Source of the DNA: Azolla caroliniana
Lineage: Eukaryota; Plantae; Polypodiophyta
Direction: 5' to 3'
Length of the DNA stretch: 64,000 nucleotides
Assembly: GCA_043228905.1 (NCBI GenBank)
Contig: JBHGNT010000012.1
Location: 5,518,001-5,582,000 of the forward strand
The notes under the pieces were generated by a model. The model did not search any database and had not been told where the DNA came from. It saw only the letters and a program-made list of their open reading frames with translations. Of the stretch, positions 1-13,112 are shown one piece after another. The position numbers and the translations under genes are program-made. Positions within the stretch are counted from its first letter, which is position 1, and each line of letters opens with the position of its first letter.

Positions 1-3000
1 TGTCACTCCAACACCAAAGTCTCTAAACACAATATCTTCTACAGGCACCTTTGCACTTCCATAGATGCGGACTGGAATTCTTATATCATTTCCATGTATG
101 CCGAGAAAGGAGATGTTTTGCACCACCGGTAGAGCTTTCGGATCGTAATCCTTATCTGGGTGCTCATTATAATCTGTTTTGATTACAATGCCCACCCTTA
201 CTACATCCAATGTAATATTTTTGAAAGACAAGGCATATATTCGCCCTCCTCTCCCTGGAGCTGTTTTGATCCGTACACCTCGTTTAGAACGCCATACATA
301 GTAGTTTTCTACAGTTACATTGTTCACACCACCCGACATTTCACTTCCAATGGATATTCCTGCACTGAAAATCACATCATGCATTACTGATATGTTTGTG
401 GCCTTATACATAATTAATAGTATATTAGCTTTCTGACCTACAGAGCTTACTCAGTGTGCTACATTAAGAACAACAAATGGAACATTTCATAATGAGCATA
501 GCATAGATTGAAACAATTAATGGCAGATATGGTAACATATAAACATTCAAAGATGAGAATAACATTGATCAAGATATTTAGGGATGTACATTCAAATATA
601 AGCATAGCATCAATCATTATATTTAGTGATGGATATACTAGCATGCTCATATATTAAGAATGTTGGGGTTGGGAGGAAAGGTGTAAAGACAATTACAACT
701 ATAACTGCATTGGGTGAATGGGAGGCTATACCTAAGGTTAATTAGGAGATTGTGGTTGGGGTAATGCTATCAACAAATCAACCGATGGGTGATTTGAGAC
801 GAATCATCTCTCCAGATATAATTCTCTTAACGCATGAAATGAGATTGCGAAAATTCAAAAGATGTTTTTAAGGAGGCAATTAGGAGTTAAATGCACTACC
901 TCTTACTAGGTTATGCTCTTGGAAACAGGTATTCGACCCATAGAAATATTGGCACTCCAAAGAGTATATAGATACATTACAAAAGTCAAGAATATGCTAA
1001 ATCATCGATTACCACATCTTGCTTGGAATGTTGGATGTAAGCTACAAAAGAATCATAAGAGTAAGATTCTCTCATCCGGTTGGGTTGTTGGAAATGGTTT
1101 AGAAGATGGGGTGTGGATGATCTTTTAGAGCTTTCGGGCAATGCTATGCATTATGTAATGATTGAGGAAAGGTTGGTAGAACCATTAATGATGAAGTGGG
1201 AAGATGCTAAGAGGACAAGGCTAGAATACTACATTGCAAATGTCAACCCTAAATGTTGGTATCAATATAAAGCAAGAATGCCTATTGATCATATCCAACC
1301 TTATCTCATTACCAATATCAGTAGTAATGTTCGCAAACTCCTTACACTACTTCACACTCGATCTCACAAGTTAGGTATTGAAGTTGCATCATGGTATCAA
1401 AATGTAACGAATTTGAAGGCATGTAAAGTATGCAATGAAAGCATGGTAGAGGATGAATGTCACTTGCTCTTCACATGCTCAACATATAGTGCAATTCGTT
1501 CGAGATATGTTGACATACTAAGGGGGAGTGATAACTTAAGTGTCATACTTAAGACACCACCTAGAAGGTGGAGCTCATATGCGTATGCTTTATTCATGCA
1601 TAGAGACTTTGTGCTTCAATGTATGACTACCCCTTCTTAGGAAGGAGACATGTATCAAGAACACATGTATACTCTGGTCCCATAGGTCAAAACTGGCCTC
1701 TTTATGGATGATAAAAATTCTAATTCTAATTCTTCCATTCAACATTTTGGAATAAAGTATGTAACGTGTGAAGAGTAGGTTCTGAATCATTAGGATCGTG
1801 GTATCAATTCCAAGCTTTAAAACTTGGGCAGCCTCTCTTCTCTATAAATATTACCTTCTATTTTATGGGTTTGAGAACAAGACATGCACAACATCAACTC
1901 TTTAGGAAACATGGTTTATTGGTAAAGATTATGCTTTTTAACCTTATGGTTGCGAGTTCAATCCTGAAGTGATGGGTCTAATATTATATTGATTGTAAAA
2001 GCATACACATTTTCTCCTGGAGGTTGTGTACGCTTCACATTTTCTAACAAAATGGCTTCACAGATTCAGTTCACACAACCGAAGGGTTGAAAACAATAGT
2101 ACATCACTGCCTTGGAAAAAGGCAACTCTAGATTATAACAAATGAAGTGATTTGCATACACTCTTCCCTAAATCATTATTATAATAACCTTAATTTGTAT
2201 ACAATCTAAAGATCTCTGTGAAAGATTGTACCTGACAGGAGAGTGAGCTATGATGTTCCGTATTATTATATTGGACGATGCTCGACCATAAGAAATGCCG
2301 TACTGATCCCATCCACTCTTGATTGCAATACAGTCATCTCCAACACTGATGTAACAGTCCTCTATCAATACATTCCGACAAGAATCTGACACAAAAAAAT
2401 TTACAATAACAGAAAGAGCAATCAATAAAGCATCTGAAAATAAATCTAATCGTCCATTCCACACATTGAAATAATATGGGGGGCAAATGCATATGATATG
2501 GGTTATGATTGTTAAAATCCCATGGCTTGATCATTATCAGTGCATACCTGGATCAATACCATCTGTATTTGGAGAATCAACTGGATTCAGAATTGTGACT
2601 CCACGAATAGTAACATTGCCACAATCATAGGGGTGAATTGTCCAGAATGGAGAATTCCTAACAGTGATATGTGAGATTTCCAAGTCCTTGCACCACATAA
2701 ACTGGATCAAGCGACCTCTTGTATATTGGATCTTTCCAGACTTCTGTTTACTCCACCATACCTTTCCTTGGCCATCAATGGTACCATTGTTACCTGAAGT
2801 GCGCATAATTAATAGAAGGGTGACAAGATGAACATACATTTGATCAAAACATTGAAGAAAGAAAAAAGTAAAGAATAGATGAATCATTAGGTGAGTTGAA
2901 AATCAACGGATATCTTCATAAAACACAAAATACTTCAAAAAGAGAGAAGATGTGGATGAACTGATTGAATGTGTGGTGAGTACAGTGTGACGCAACCTGT

Positions 3001-6000
3001 AATGACAACATCTTCTAGATGCTGACCATGAATAAGACTTCCATAACGTGGTCCCGGATGCTCTCTGCCCCTTCCATATGATGGCAATGGAGGCATAATT
3101 GGCCACAGGGATTCATCCTGTAAAATAACAATCTCTCTCTCTCTCTCATGATTGGTGTTAACATTGATAAAAGTATATTATATGAGTCAAGAATATGTCA
3201 AGACCACAGATTGCCAAAACTTTCAAGGAATGTAGGAATCAATATATAAAAAATAATAAGAGCAAAATGCTCTCATCTGATTGGGTGCTTGACATCAAGA
3301 AATGGTTTGAACAATGGGAATCAGAGATATATTAGAGCTCCCAAGCGATGCTATGAAGTCATCATCAATACAGGCTATGGAGGTGTTGAGAACAAAATGG
3401 CAAGACGCTAAAAAGTCAAAACTAGAATATTGCATTGCAAACATAAACCCTGAATGTTGGACCCAGTAAAAGGAAAGAATGCCAAAACGCATCCAGCTAC
3501 ATCTTACCACCCCCATGAGCCTTCCTAGCTCGCACAGAGCCCTTATAATTCTTTGAACTCAATCGCACAAGTTAGGTGTTGGGGTAGCATTATGGCATTT
3601 GCAAAAATGATGAAGACTTGTTAAGTGGGTATAGGTCAACATTGGCCTGCTCGTGGAGGATAAAAATCAAATTCTCTCTACAGAGAGAGAGTGAGAGAGA
3701 AACATCGCATATTTCCCCATGAATCAAATAATGTTGCATTCATGCCCTTGGTCAACAGAAAGTGTCCTAATACATGAATGCAATGTTATTAAATTCATGG
3801 GTGGTATGCAGTGTTTCCTTTTACTTTGAGGAATTATTTGATGATTGCATCATTAAATAACAGTTTTGAGTGGGCCCAAAAGCCACTTTCATGTAGGTAT
3901 GCTTGCACCTTAGCCTTGAGCATCCAGTATTCACCTTACGTACGAGCCTTTGTATTATGTGGTTGGTTTCTGTTGTGTTTGCTGGGCAAGGTATTGCACA
4001 ACAGGGATCATTTCGAGCATTTTATTCTTTATTACCTGAGCAATGTAGTTCCCTGATCAGTCTGCACCTGGTATGCGGGCCAGGGCATCTTTTCCTGACT
4101 GACTCTATCTCAAGTCTATCTCTACATGCTCCGCAGTACAGAGATGTAATCTCACTTCATAAAATTCATTCTAGAAATTGGCTATGTTTTACATTAATTT
4201 CTGCCAAAATTTTGAACCCAAAGCAAGTCCTTTTTTTTGGGCACAAAAATTAACTTCAGGTGGTTGCCAGTTTCCAAATCCATGCAACAGACTTCCTGGT
4301 TTGAACTATAGGCCAAGGTTGGTGCTAATGTGTTCCATGCATACTAAAGTATTCCACAGCCAATCTCATCTTGTACCATGTAGATAGGTCAGGAACCACA
4401 CTACAAGGCAAGATCAGGAATTCCACCATAAAGGCAAGATTGACATGCAAATTTGCATGCTTTTTCTGGCATGAGTTCTATTCATGATCATCTAACGAAA
4501 TTTGGGCGAATTAAAAATTTACCTCCATCCTACTTTAGTAGAATAATTTCATAAGTTGGAATGCACTTGTTAGTTCATATCGCTTTTTAACATGTATGAC
4601 AGAAGCTATAAATAACTATGTCATATTGATATGCTGTACTAATTGTATTCATCATTCAAAAGTAAACTTGGAAATATAAATAGAACGCTCAGAAATTTAC
4701 ATGGGGTGGCCTTCATGAGGATTCATTTTCCAAATTTTCCTTGCTGCCCTCTTGATTGTGCATCATTCAGGATGCAAAAGATATTCTGATCTCAAGTCCA
4801 AAGACAAATAGATCAGCTTCACGAAGCAATGTAAATATGTCACTAGTTTGAACTATCAAATATCTATGGAGACTTATTCATATGCAAATGTATATGGAGA
4901 TGCAAGTATAGAGGCTTTCATACTCAAATTTCACATCTTGCACACCTCTAGATGCCTATCACCTTGATTCTTCATTGTCTCTAATGCCAATTTCTCTCTT
5001 TCTTCATGTGTACAAGAGACATAATATGAGAGCTACATTGTAATCAAATGTTGAGATGTGACCAATTACAAACTGCAAGAGGTATCTCCCAAAATTTGTC
5101 ATTCTTCTGCTTCATATCCTATGAAAATACAAAGTAGAACTCACAACTTGTACAACGGAGGCCAGTTGATCTAATTTTTATTCTTTTGCATCCTCGTGAG
5201 GATTTTTCCATTTTTCTGTTTAGTATCCTTCGAAAATATAACATAGATCTTTCAACTTGTACAACCAGATGTCACTTGATCTATTCTTTGTTCTTTTATC
5301 CATGAATCATGGTAATCCCAAAAGCCAACTAATTGTACTTGATCTAATCTTTATTCTTTTATTCATGAATCATGGTAATCCCAAAGGCCAAATAACTTGT
5401 TTCTCTCAATGTTCACATGCCATGCAATTGTTTGGAGAGTATCAAAAACCTATGGCCCAAATTTGAAGGATTTTTTGGTTCTCATAATTTCCTATTATTC
5501 ATGCTAAACCTCCAATAAATAAGGGGTTTTCTCAGAACTTCCTATTATTATTTTATACATGAGATATGGTTGGCAATGAGTTTTTCCTGATTACTACATG
5601 AAGTATATTACATGAAAAGGAAATCTCAACAAGTTAGCAAAGAAGGTAAATTTGCTTACTTGGCTAGCAAGAATGACCGAATCTGAGGCAAGGAAAAGGG
5701 TTATGTGACTAGTCAGATTGAAAGGGCCAGTTAACCAAACACCCGGCGGTATATTAAGTTGTCCACCACCATAATTCGCAACTGAAGTTATGGCAAATAT
5801 GGCACGCTCGAATGCTCTTGTATTAAGGGTCTTCCCATCTCCGATGCCCCCGAATTGAGTAATATTGAAGACATGCGGACGGAGAATTGGGAATATGGGT
5901 GGGTGCCCATTCGATGGAGATATTGCTTTTGCTCCTTTCTCCTCTGTTCTAATACCATCCAGAGACAAAGAAGAAGGGTAGGCTATCTGAAGGAGAAGGT

Positions 6001-6145
6001 TTCTCTGCCACAGAGCGACCGAGATGAATGCCAGGAGCCATATCGAGAAACCCCAAGTGCGTTGATGCGATTGTATGTTAGATGCCCATCTTCTGATCAC
6101 CGATCTCTGATGCATAAGGCGTGGCATCAATCCATTTCTTTGCAT
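1..6145 (-). CDS. Glycoside hydrolase family 28 polygalacturonase-like gene, 3' end beyond window start. Exons 6145-5660, 3117-2997, 2793-2548, 2385-2232, 364-<1
   Basis: The exons splice in frame at canonical GT-AG sites. Product has an N-terminal hydrophobic anchor, FGGIGDGKTLNT, WLTGPFNLTSH, LPSYGRGRE, GTIDGQG, NTDGIDP, GDDCIAIKSGWD, SAGISIGSEMSGG and RIKT, which are GH28 motifs. Confidence 0.95.
735..1733 (+). mobile_element. 5'-truncated non-LTR retrotransposon (LINE) 3' end in polygalacturonase intron 4
   Basis: Frameshifted ORFs 913-1128 and 1080-1640 end in HKLGIEV...CKVCNESMVEDECHLLFTC..Y..IR, a LINE C-terminal CCHC motif. A short 3' UTR follows with ATAAAA and an (ATTCTA)n-like tail at ~1716-1733. 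Left boundary is approximate. Confidence 0.8.
3200..3610 (+). mobile_element. Second, more degraded fragment of the same LINE family in polygalacturonase intron 1
   Basis: Direct similarity to 1000-1400: 'aaactagaatattgcattgcaaacataaaccctgaatgttgg' vs 'ctagaatactacattgcaaatgtcaaccctaaatgttgg'; both also contain 'cacaagttaggt'. Confidence 0.75.
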
Positions 6146-8656
6146 AACTCGCCGAATCTTCCAATTATTCAGCTTGCAGGAAGGGAGCGGGGAATCGCGG
6201 GGAGGCGAGAACTTGGGTTGACCTAATTTGCTTGATTTTTATCTTGCATCAAACCTTGGACCTCATCGCTAAAACGTTCAAGCTTCCCTCTACATCTACA
6301 ATCAGCATCATCTTCTTCATCTTCATCTCTGTCTCCGTCTTCCTCTTCCTCTTCCTCTTCCTCTTCCTCTTCTTTTTCCTCAGTTTTTCTGTTGTTTCAC
6401 CTTCTTATAAGGTGCTTGTTGAATGAGTGAGTATGTAGTAGTGTAAGGTCACCATCTCTGAGGCAATGTCCTTTTCACTTTGATTTGTTCCTGCCTCCTA
6501 CCTAGGTGACCAAACTGTCTCTGAGTCCCTTCACCATGGATGGATCCATGGCTCCTACTTCTCCTTGCTCATGAATTGGTCGGCCGGGCTCTCAATCGGG
6601 TCTCGCTCAAATAACAGTTTCTGTGGGCACCCGTGATGCCCTCTGGCCGAGGGGTCGTCCAGCCGTCCATCTCTTCTCCGCACTCAATGTTTAGATGGCC
6701 CGTCCATCTCTACATGCCATCGGAACTTTCCGCTCACCACTCGTATAGGCCTGCCCCACTCCTAGGGTTCTTGTAATTAGGTATCATTGAGCGTTTCACA
6801 CTTAGAGGATCCTTTGTATGTCGCCAATTAGCTCTCTAAGGTTTCACACTTGCATGTCGTAGCGCCTCGTGTTACTATAATTGGTTGACATCTCTACATT
6901 TTCGGAAAGTAAATGTGGTTGGGTAGCTTTGTGCCTGAAGCAATCGTGGCATGCCATGCTCATATAGCTCACTATCTATTTCACTGCTTTATTGTCTATC
7001 ATACTATTGTGTGCTCACCCACATTTTCCATGAATCTCTTAACTTGGATAGGCCATACTACTCATCTACCATGAATGTTTGCACTTAAAATCAGCTTGCA
7101 ATGCCATGCCTTTTCCAATCATTTGTATATTGTGCTTCATGAAGCCTGGCGCTGCTTTGTGGAGGATCCTTCATCTTGCATTGGCCAAAAGCATTTGAAG
7201 GTTTCACCCAGTTATATGTCCGAAGACTTAAGTGTGCACACCATTTGGCATATACGTCTATCAAGTGGTTATACATGACACGTTTCATTGTAATACATGA
7301 TTTGTAAGGTCAAATTGTGCATCCTTTAGGTCCAATTTCATATTCCGTGTGTGCTTACATTATTGAGCAAATGTAACTACTTGCATTACCATTACATCAA
7401 CTTGCGCCAAGGGTCAAACGTGATATCCCTCTTTATAACAACTTTATTGGGTTGTTATATCTTATAGCTCACATATGTTCCTCGATGTAGAGTGGCCCTC
7501 TTAATCTTCAAGCTTTTGAAATGCATTTATAAGGTGTTGTTTTCGAGAGACTTGCAAATGAGGGGGGTTTCATGTGCATGTTTAACTTGATCGTTACACC
7601 AAAAAGAACATTAGCATTCCATGACATCTGATGTACATACCTACACAAATTCACAAGGATAATAAGATATTTTTAATTACAAATTTCTATCGATATATGT
7701 ATATTTATTTCCATGTGTTCGACAATGAGTTAATTTTAGAAGACATTGAGTCATAAGCTCAAACTTCAAATCTAATGATAAAGATCACAATAGATCCTCA
7801 CATGAACTTTCATGACAATTACATCTAAGTGTATGCAAATTGAAAAGCTTGTATAAACCAAAAAGAGTGGAGTAAAACAATAAAAGTGACAATATTCTCA
7901 ATGTTTGAGGATGTGAGGCTACTAATAAACACATATTTCTTCCATCAACAAAGGCTTGATAGAATGCAATGGTAAGAAATGGTATGAAGAATATGGAGTC
8001 TAGTGCCAACCTGCTTCAACATTCATCAGAATACTCCTAGGACCCCAATCTACTTCTCTGTAGTACACATTCGGCTATGATGCGTGTGTATTTGCTAATC
8101 ATTCTAAAAACTTATGTTCGAATAAATACTTAAAAACTTTGGAATATTGTAGTGAAAACAAAAAAAAGTTGGGGTTATTATGGTGGTATGCATGAAAAAC
8201 AAGGTCATATGAAATACTCAAGAAGATAAAGTTATTATTGGTAGTGCATGAATTCAAGTTCCACTCTGCAACATCCAAACATGCGATCTAACATGCCACC
8301 CCTGAGTAATGAGATGACACCATGTCAACTTTGCATGTGACTTGTGATCAACTTAGCCTTACAAATACCACAAGAAATAAGATGTCATCATGACAATGTT
8401 GTAAGTACCTCATGAATCCGACATCCAAAAATATAAGCAACAAGATGTTGCCATGTGAACATTAGAAAATGTCACCATATCAATGTCGAAATATTATTGG
8501 CATCCAAGTCAAAACTAGAAGATCTTAGATGATGGCATACTTCTTCAGTTAACTACTATCCCTTGTTCTTCATTTGCACACAAGGAGGTATTGTCTTCTA
8601 AGCACCATTAGCCTTTCTACCATGATCCATGACTATGGTCGAGCTAATAAATAATT

Positions 8657-9764
8657 CGTTGGGAAAGTTTCGCGCATGTGTATTACTCGAGTGGAACCAC
8701 AGGGGGTCTCAGACTAGGGAGCAAGAAGGGATGGAGAAGACCCAAGCCATGCTTATAGATTAAGACTACTTGCCGAGCAAGGGCTCATTGGCCCTTTTGT
8801 GGGCCAATGGCTTTCGTTGACCACGACTCGTGAGGCTTTCGACCTCACCGCACGAGTGAACGGACGGGTACACAAGAAAAGACGAATGCACAAGGCAAAC
8901 ACACAATGAATGGAATGAGAATGCAAGCACGAAAGTCTGGACGCCTTTATGAGGAGTAGAGGTGCATGAGCACGCCCAAAACCCTCCCTCATCACAAGAC
9001 GACCGAACGTACAAAGAAGACACAAAGCACACACACGAATGTCCGTACGCCTTATGAGGAGGAGAGGTGCATGGGCATGCCCAAAACGCCCCCTCGTCAC
9101 AAGATGACCGAACATACAAGGAAGACACAAAACACACACACGAATGCTCGCACACCTTTATGAGGAGGAGAGGTGATGGGCACGCCCGAAACGCTCCCTT
9201 GTCACAAGACGGTCTAACGTACAAGGAAGACACTAAACACACACACGACAATCTGTATGCCTTTATGAGGAGGAGAGGTGCATGGGCACGCTCGAAACGC
9301 TTGATCGTCACAAGATGGCCGAACATACAAGGAAGACACAAAACACACACATGAATGCTTGTACACCTTTATGAGGAGGAGAGGTGCATGGGCACACTCG
9401 AAACGCTCCCGCGTCACAAGACGACCGACGAGAATAAAGAAAGAAAACACAAATGATATTGGCTAAAGAAATAATTATGTGTTTGATTCTAACCCAAAAG
9501 TCCCTATTACTTAATAGATAATTCTATATCTACAAATGCTCCTACTTTTCGTCTCGATTCTCTCCTCTCTCTTTTACACGATTTTATGTGCCTCCTTTGC
9601 ACCCTTCATATTCCCTTTTCTTTTGCACCACTTACAGTCCTCATTTTCCATTTAATTTGTGCATGTGCACAAATAATTGCCCTTGTGTGCACGCACATTG
9701 CACATACACATTTTGACCCCCTTTCATCGGTTTTTTCCTACACTCGGCATGCCACATCATGACA
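8657..9764 (-). mobile_element. Degenerate LTR-like remnant related to the solo LTR at 60550-61361
   Basis: First ~65 bp (aagtttcgcgc...ggaaccacagggggtctcagactagggag) align with 60550-60611. The putative end 'catgaca' resembles 'cacgaca' at 61361. No TSD found, so the right boundary is uncertain. Confidence 0.5.
8940..9430. repeat. Tandem repeat, ~105-bp unit, ~4.6 copies
   Basis: 'cttatgaggaggagaggtgcatgggcac...gtcacaagac..ccgaac.tacaa.gaagacacaaaacacacac' recurs at ~8945, 9051, 9156, 9261 and 9367. Confidence 0.92.
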
Positions 9765-9986
9765 ACGCAATGTCTTGGTGGCACACCACATTTTATTCAT
9801 CAATGCACTCGTGAACCTAGGTCAAAGTCTTGGTTGTGCTGGTCTCTTTCCGAATGGACCCAAACAACCTTATGGACTAGGCCAACACATCTATCCTCAA
9901 GTCATTCTAATGTCTTCGTGGTGTGTGTGGGTTCTTGGTCTCATATACATATAGTTAGTGTATTATGGTCTCACACACATTATCCA

Positions 9987-9987
<1 letters not shown>

Positions 9988-10035
<48 letters not shown>

Positions 10036-10210
10036 TACATAAATACATACATACATACATACATACATACATACATACATACATACATACATACACACAC
10101 ACACATACATACATACATACATACATACATACATACATACATACATACATACATACATACATACATACATACACACACACATACACACACATACATATAT
10201 ACATACATAC
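9988..10210. repeat. Compound microsatellite (CA)n/(TACA)n
   Basis: Directly visible; ends ~130 bp upstream of the PPR start codon. Confidence 0.98.
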
Positions 10211-10342
10211 TATAGAAGAAGGGCATTTTTGTAATTGATCAAAACACGAGTGTAGCTTTGGAAAAAGTTTGGAACCTCCGATTCTCCAGCTTCAATGGCG
10301 AAGCTTCCCTCTCTGCAACAGCCACAATGAATGAATGAATGA

Positions 10343-12313
10343 ATGTCTTCCATCTCTGTCGCAAGGCCTCCATTCCTGCCCCATACCTTCGATTCCCACA
10401 TTCTCCTCCGCCTTCATCATTTTTCGAAAGAGAGAATCCTCTTCCTGCAGAATATCGACCAAGACGATCAACAGGTACCATCCACTTATCCTCCTTATTC
10501 TTTTCTTTCAGTAGATCTTCTTGATTCTCGGTGTAAAGACGAAGAATCGGGTAAGCTCGAACAGGCCATCCATGTCCTGTCTCACATGCGTTCTGCCCCA
10601 TCCACAGCTGTTTACATAAACCTTCTGAAAGGATGTATCAGCGAGAAGTCTCTATCATACGCAAGACATGTTTATTCACATCTTGTTAAGCATAGATCAC
10701 ATCCTGTGTGCAATGGTTTGCTTGGAGACTACGTTGTAGAGGCATTTTCAACATGTGGCTCTCTCGATGAAGCTTACCGTGTCTCACAAAGATTACCCAG
10801 AAGAAGTGTGTTTTGTTGGACATCTATTATCTCTTCTTGTGCAAATTCTGGCCGAGTTCATGAAGCTTTGTCTCTATATCGAGAGATGAAGGCTGAAGGT
10901 ATAGAACCCAATCATTCAACCTTTGCTTCTCTTTTCAAAGCCTGTGGTAGTATTCCTCACTATGAAGAGGGTAAAAAATTGCATAAACTCGCACTGAAGA
11001 GAGGATTTGCTTCTGATGCCTTTGTTGGCACTGCTCTTATGAATATGTACAACAAATTCGGCAACATTTCCGACGCGGAAAGTGTGTTTAGAGATATGTC
11101 AAGACATGATATCATATCGTGGACGACCATGCTTACACTGTATGTTGATAATGGCTATGGAGAAAAGGCTTTACAACTATACAGAGAGATGCAAGTCAGG
11201 TGTGGTAGTGCTCTTCTAGATGACCGAGTATTTGTGGTTTCTCTTCAAGCGTGTGGCATTCTTGCCGAAGAGGAGGAGGCTTTGATCATAGATGGCCGAC
11301 CAATTAAACTCATGTCTCTAGATATCACGAAGGCATTACATGCCGATGCTTGTCAGAAGGGATATGGATCTAATGTCTACGTTTGCACTACGCTCGTGAA
11401 TACATATGGCAAATGTGGGGATGTTTCCCTTGCCGAGCAAGTGTTCAATGGGTTATCTGAACGCAACATTGTCTCATGGAATGCAATGTTTTCAACATAT
11501 GTTGACCTTAGGTTAGGGGAGAAAGCTTTGCATCTATACCAATGCATGCAAAAAGAGCAAGTAGGACCTGATGATGTCACCTTCAAATGCATTCTGCAAG
11601 CATGTAGCGAAACCGGAAGCTTAGAATTTTGCAAACATGTCCATTTTCATATCATAACAATGGGGTATGATTACGATCCCTCTGTGACCTCAACTCTAAT
11701 TCATGGCTATGGAAGCTGTGGTAGTATGGTTGATGCGGAAGCTACATTTCATCTTCTTTCTACGCATGATACAGTGTCTTGGTCTGCTTTCATTTCTAGC
11801 CACACAGGTGAAGGAAATTGTGTAGCTAGCTTGAATATGTATATGATGTCACAATTTTCAGGAGTACAACCCAATGAGATTACCTTTACTGCGGTGCTTG
11901 TAGCCTGTAGTCATGCTGGCTTGGTTATGGAAGGTCTCCATTTCTTCAGTTTTGTTACGAGACATGATAGTACTGGCTCTATAACGCTAAATCTGAAGCA
12001 TTTTAGCACAATGGTTGACTTATTAGGTCGTGCTGGTAATTTCAAGGTGCTAAAGAATATGTTGGAGATGATGCCGATGAGGGCTGATTTGACCTTCTGG
12101 TTGTGTTTGTTGAATGTATGCAGAATACATGGCAATGTCGACCTTGGAGAAAAGGTGTTCGATCATGCGGTGTCTCTGCAACCGGAGCACCCTGCAGCAT
12201 ATGTTTTTATGTCGAATATTTATGCTGATGCTGGACTACAAGAGTGTGTAACTGAGCTAAAACGTTCGATGCGAATGCTAGGCTTTGAAGGAGTTTGGAA
12301 ACAGCTTGAATGA
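10343..12313 (+). CDS. PLS-class pentatricopeptide repeat protein with C-terminal E domain and no DYW domain (candidate organellar RNA editing specificity factor)
   Basis: Intronless 656-aa ORF with alternating P/L/S repeats (SVFCWTSIISS, GTALMNMYNKFG, NIVSWNAMF, ITFTAVLVACSHAGLV, MVDLLGRAG). E-domain WLCLLNVCRIHGNVDLGEKVF...AAYVFMSNIY lies near the end. Confidence 0.95.
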   Translation: MSSISVARPPFLPHTFDSHILLRLHHFSKERILFLQNIDQDDQQVPSTYPPYSFLSVDLLDSRCKDEESGKLEQAIHVLSHMRSAPSTAVYINLLKGCISEKSLSYARHVYSHLVKHRSHPVCNGLLGDYVVEAFSTCGSLDEAYRVSQRLPRRSVFCWTSIISSCANSGRVHEALSLYREMKAEGIEPNHSTFASLFKACGSIPHYEEGKKLHKLALKRGFASDAFVGTALMNMYNKFGNISDAESVFRDMSRHDIISWTTMLTLYVDNGYGEKALQLYREMQVRCGSALLDDRVFVVSLQACGILAEEEEALIIDGRPIKLMSLDITKALHADACQKGYGSNVYVCTTLVNTYGKCGDVSLAEQVFNGLSERNIVSWNAMFSTYVDLRLGEKALHLYQCMQKEQVGPDDVTFKCILQACSETGSLEFCKHVHFHIITMGYDYDPSVTSTLIHGYGSCGSMVDAEATFHLLSTHDTVSWSAFISSHTGEGNCVASLNMYMMSQFSGVQPNEITFTAVLVACSHAGLVMEGLHFFSFVTRHDSTGSITLNLKHFSTMVDLLGRAGNFKVLKNMLEMMPMRADLTFWLCLLNVCRIHGNVDLGEKVFDHAVSLQPEHPAAYVFMSNIYADAGLQECVTELKRSMRMLGFEGVWKQLE

Positions 12314-13112
12314 TCACAAGTAAATGAGTATATTATACCATGAGGATTATTGCTTTTGGAGGTTTTGTTCTCCTTCTCAAACAGAGAAATCATTGTATTG
12401 GGATGACAATGCTTTTTGATCTAGTGCCATTTGCTTTCACTATCCCATTCCATATATATTAGAAAAGCATGGGTAAAATACAAAGGTGTTGCACACATTG
12501 TTGGTGAAGGCTCAATTAAATGATGAAGATGGCGCATGTAATCATTGGGAGAGAATTTTTAATTACCGCCTTTTGGCTCAAATTGGTTGGGACTTATTGT
12601 ACAAAGCAGTAATGTAACCCTACATGCTCGACGCTGTAACAAATAAGCAATTCCTTGCAGTTAATCAGCAATTCGACAATGCAATCATTCATTGGGTTAT
12701 TGGACAATGTGAATAATCAATGTACTCTTAGGTTATGAACAGTGTTCTGGATGCACACATTTCAAAGTGACGAGTTTTCGTTATGAATCACCCACAATGT
12801 TCATAATGATGATTTCATATTAACAATTCTCCACCTCAATATGATGTTATTGGAAGTATTGTTTTGATAATGGCTAGCAAATATATTGAACTTGGATGAT
12901 AAGGCATACAAGTTATTGATCCAATTTTATGAGGCTGTCCATCTTGATGCGGTAATAGGTCCAAGGGTTTCTTTCATAATAATAAAAAAGCCTATGTGAA
13001 ATGAAGCAGAAGCAAATTATTATGTGTGATACTCATTGGCATGCAAAGCATACTTGCTTCTCATGAACATGCACTTACTATTTTGTTACATGTCAATATA
13101 TACCCTTGGGAA

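Noticed and set aside
480-650. Degenerate ~45-bp repeat, and a ~63-bp duplication at 5270-5390
   Set aside because: Small local intronic duplications with no sign of function.
8753-9450. Overlapping ORFs with 35-aa repeats
   Set aside because: By-product of a 105-bp (multiple of 3) tandem repeat that is open in several frames on both strands; no recognisable domain.
9759-10238. His/Thr/Tyr- and Met/Tyr/Val/Cys-rich ORFs
   Set aside because: Translations of the (CA)n/(TACA)n microsatellite. The same applies to 25996-26307.
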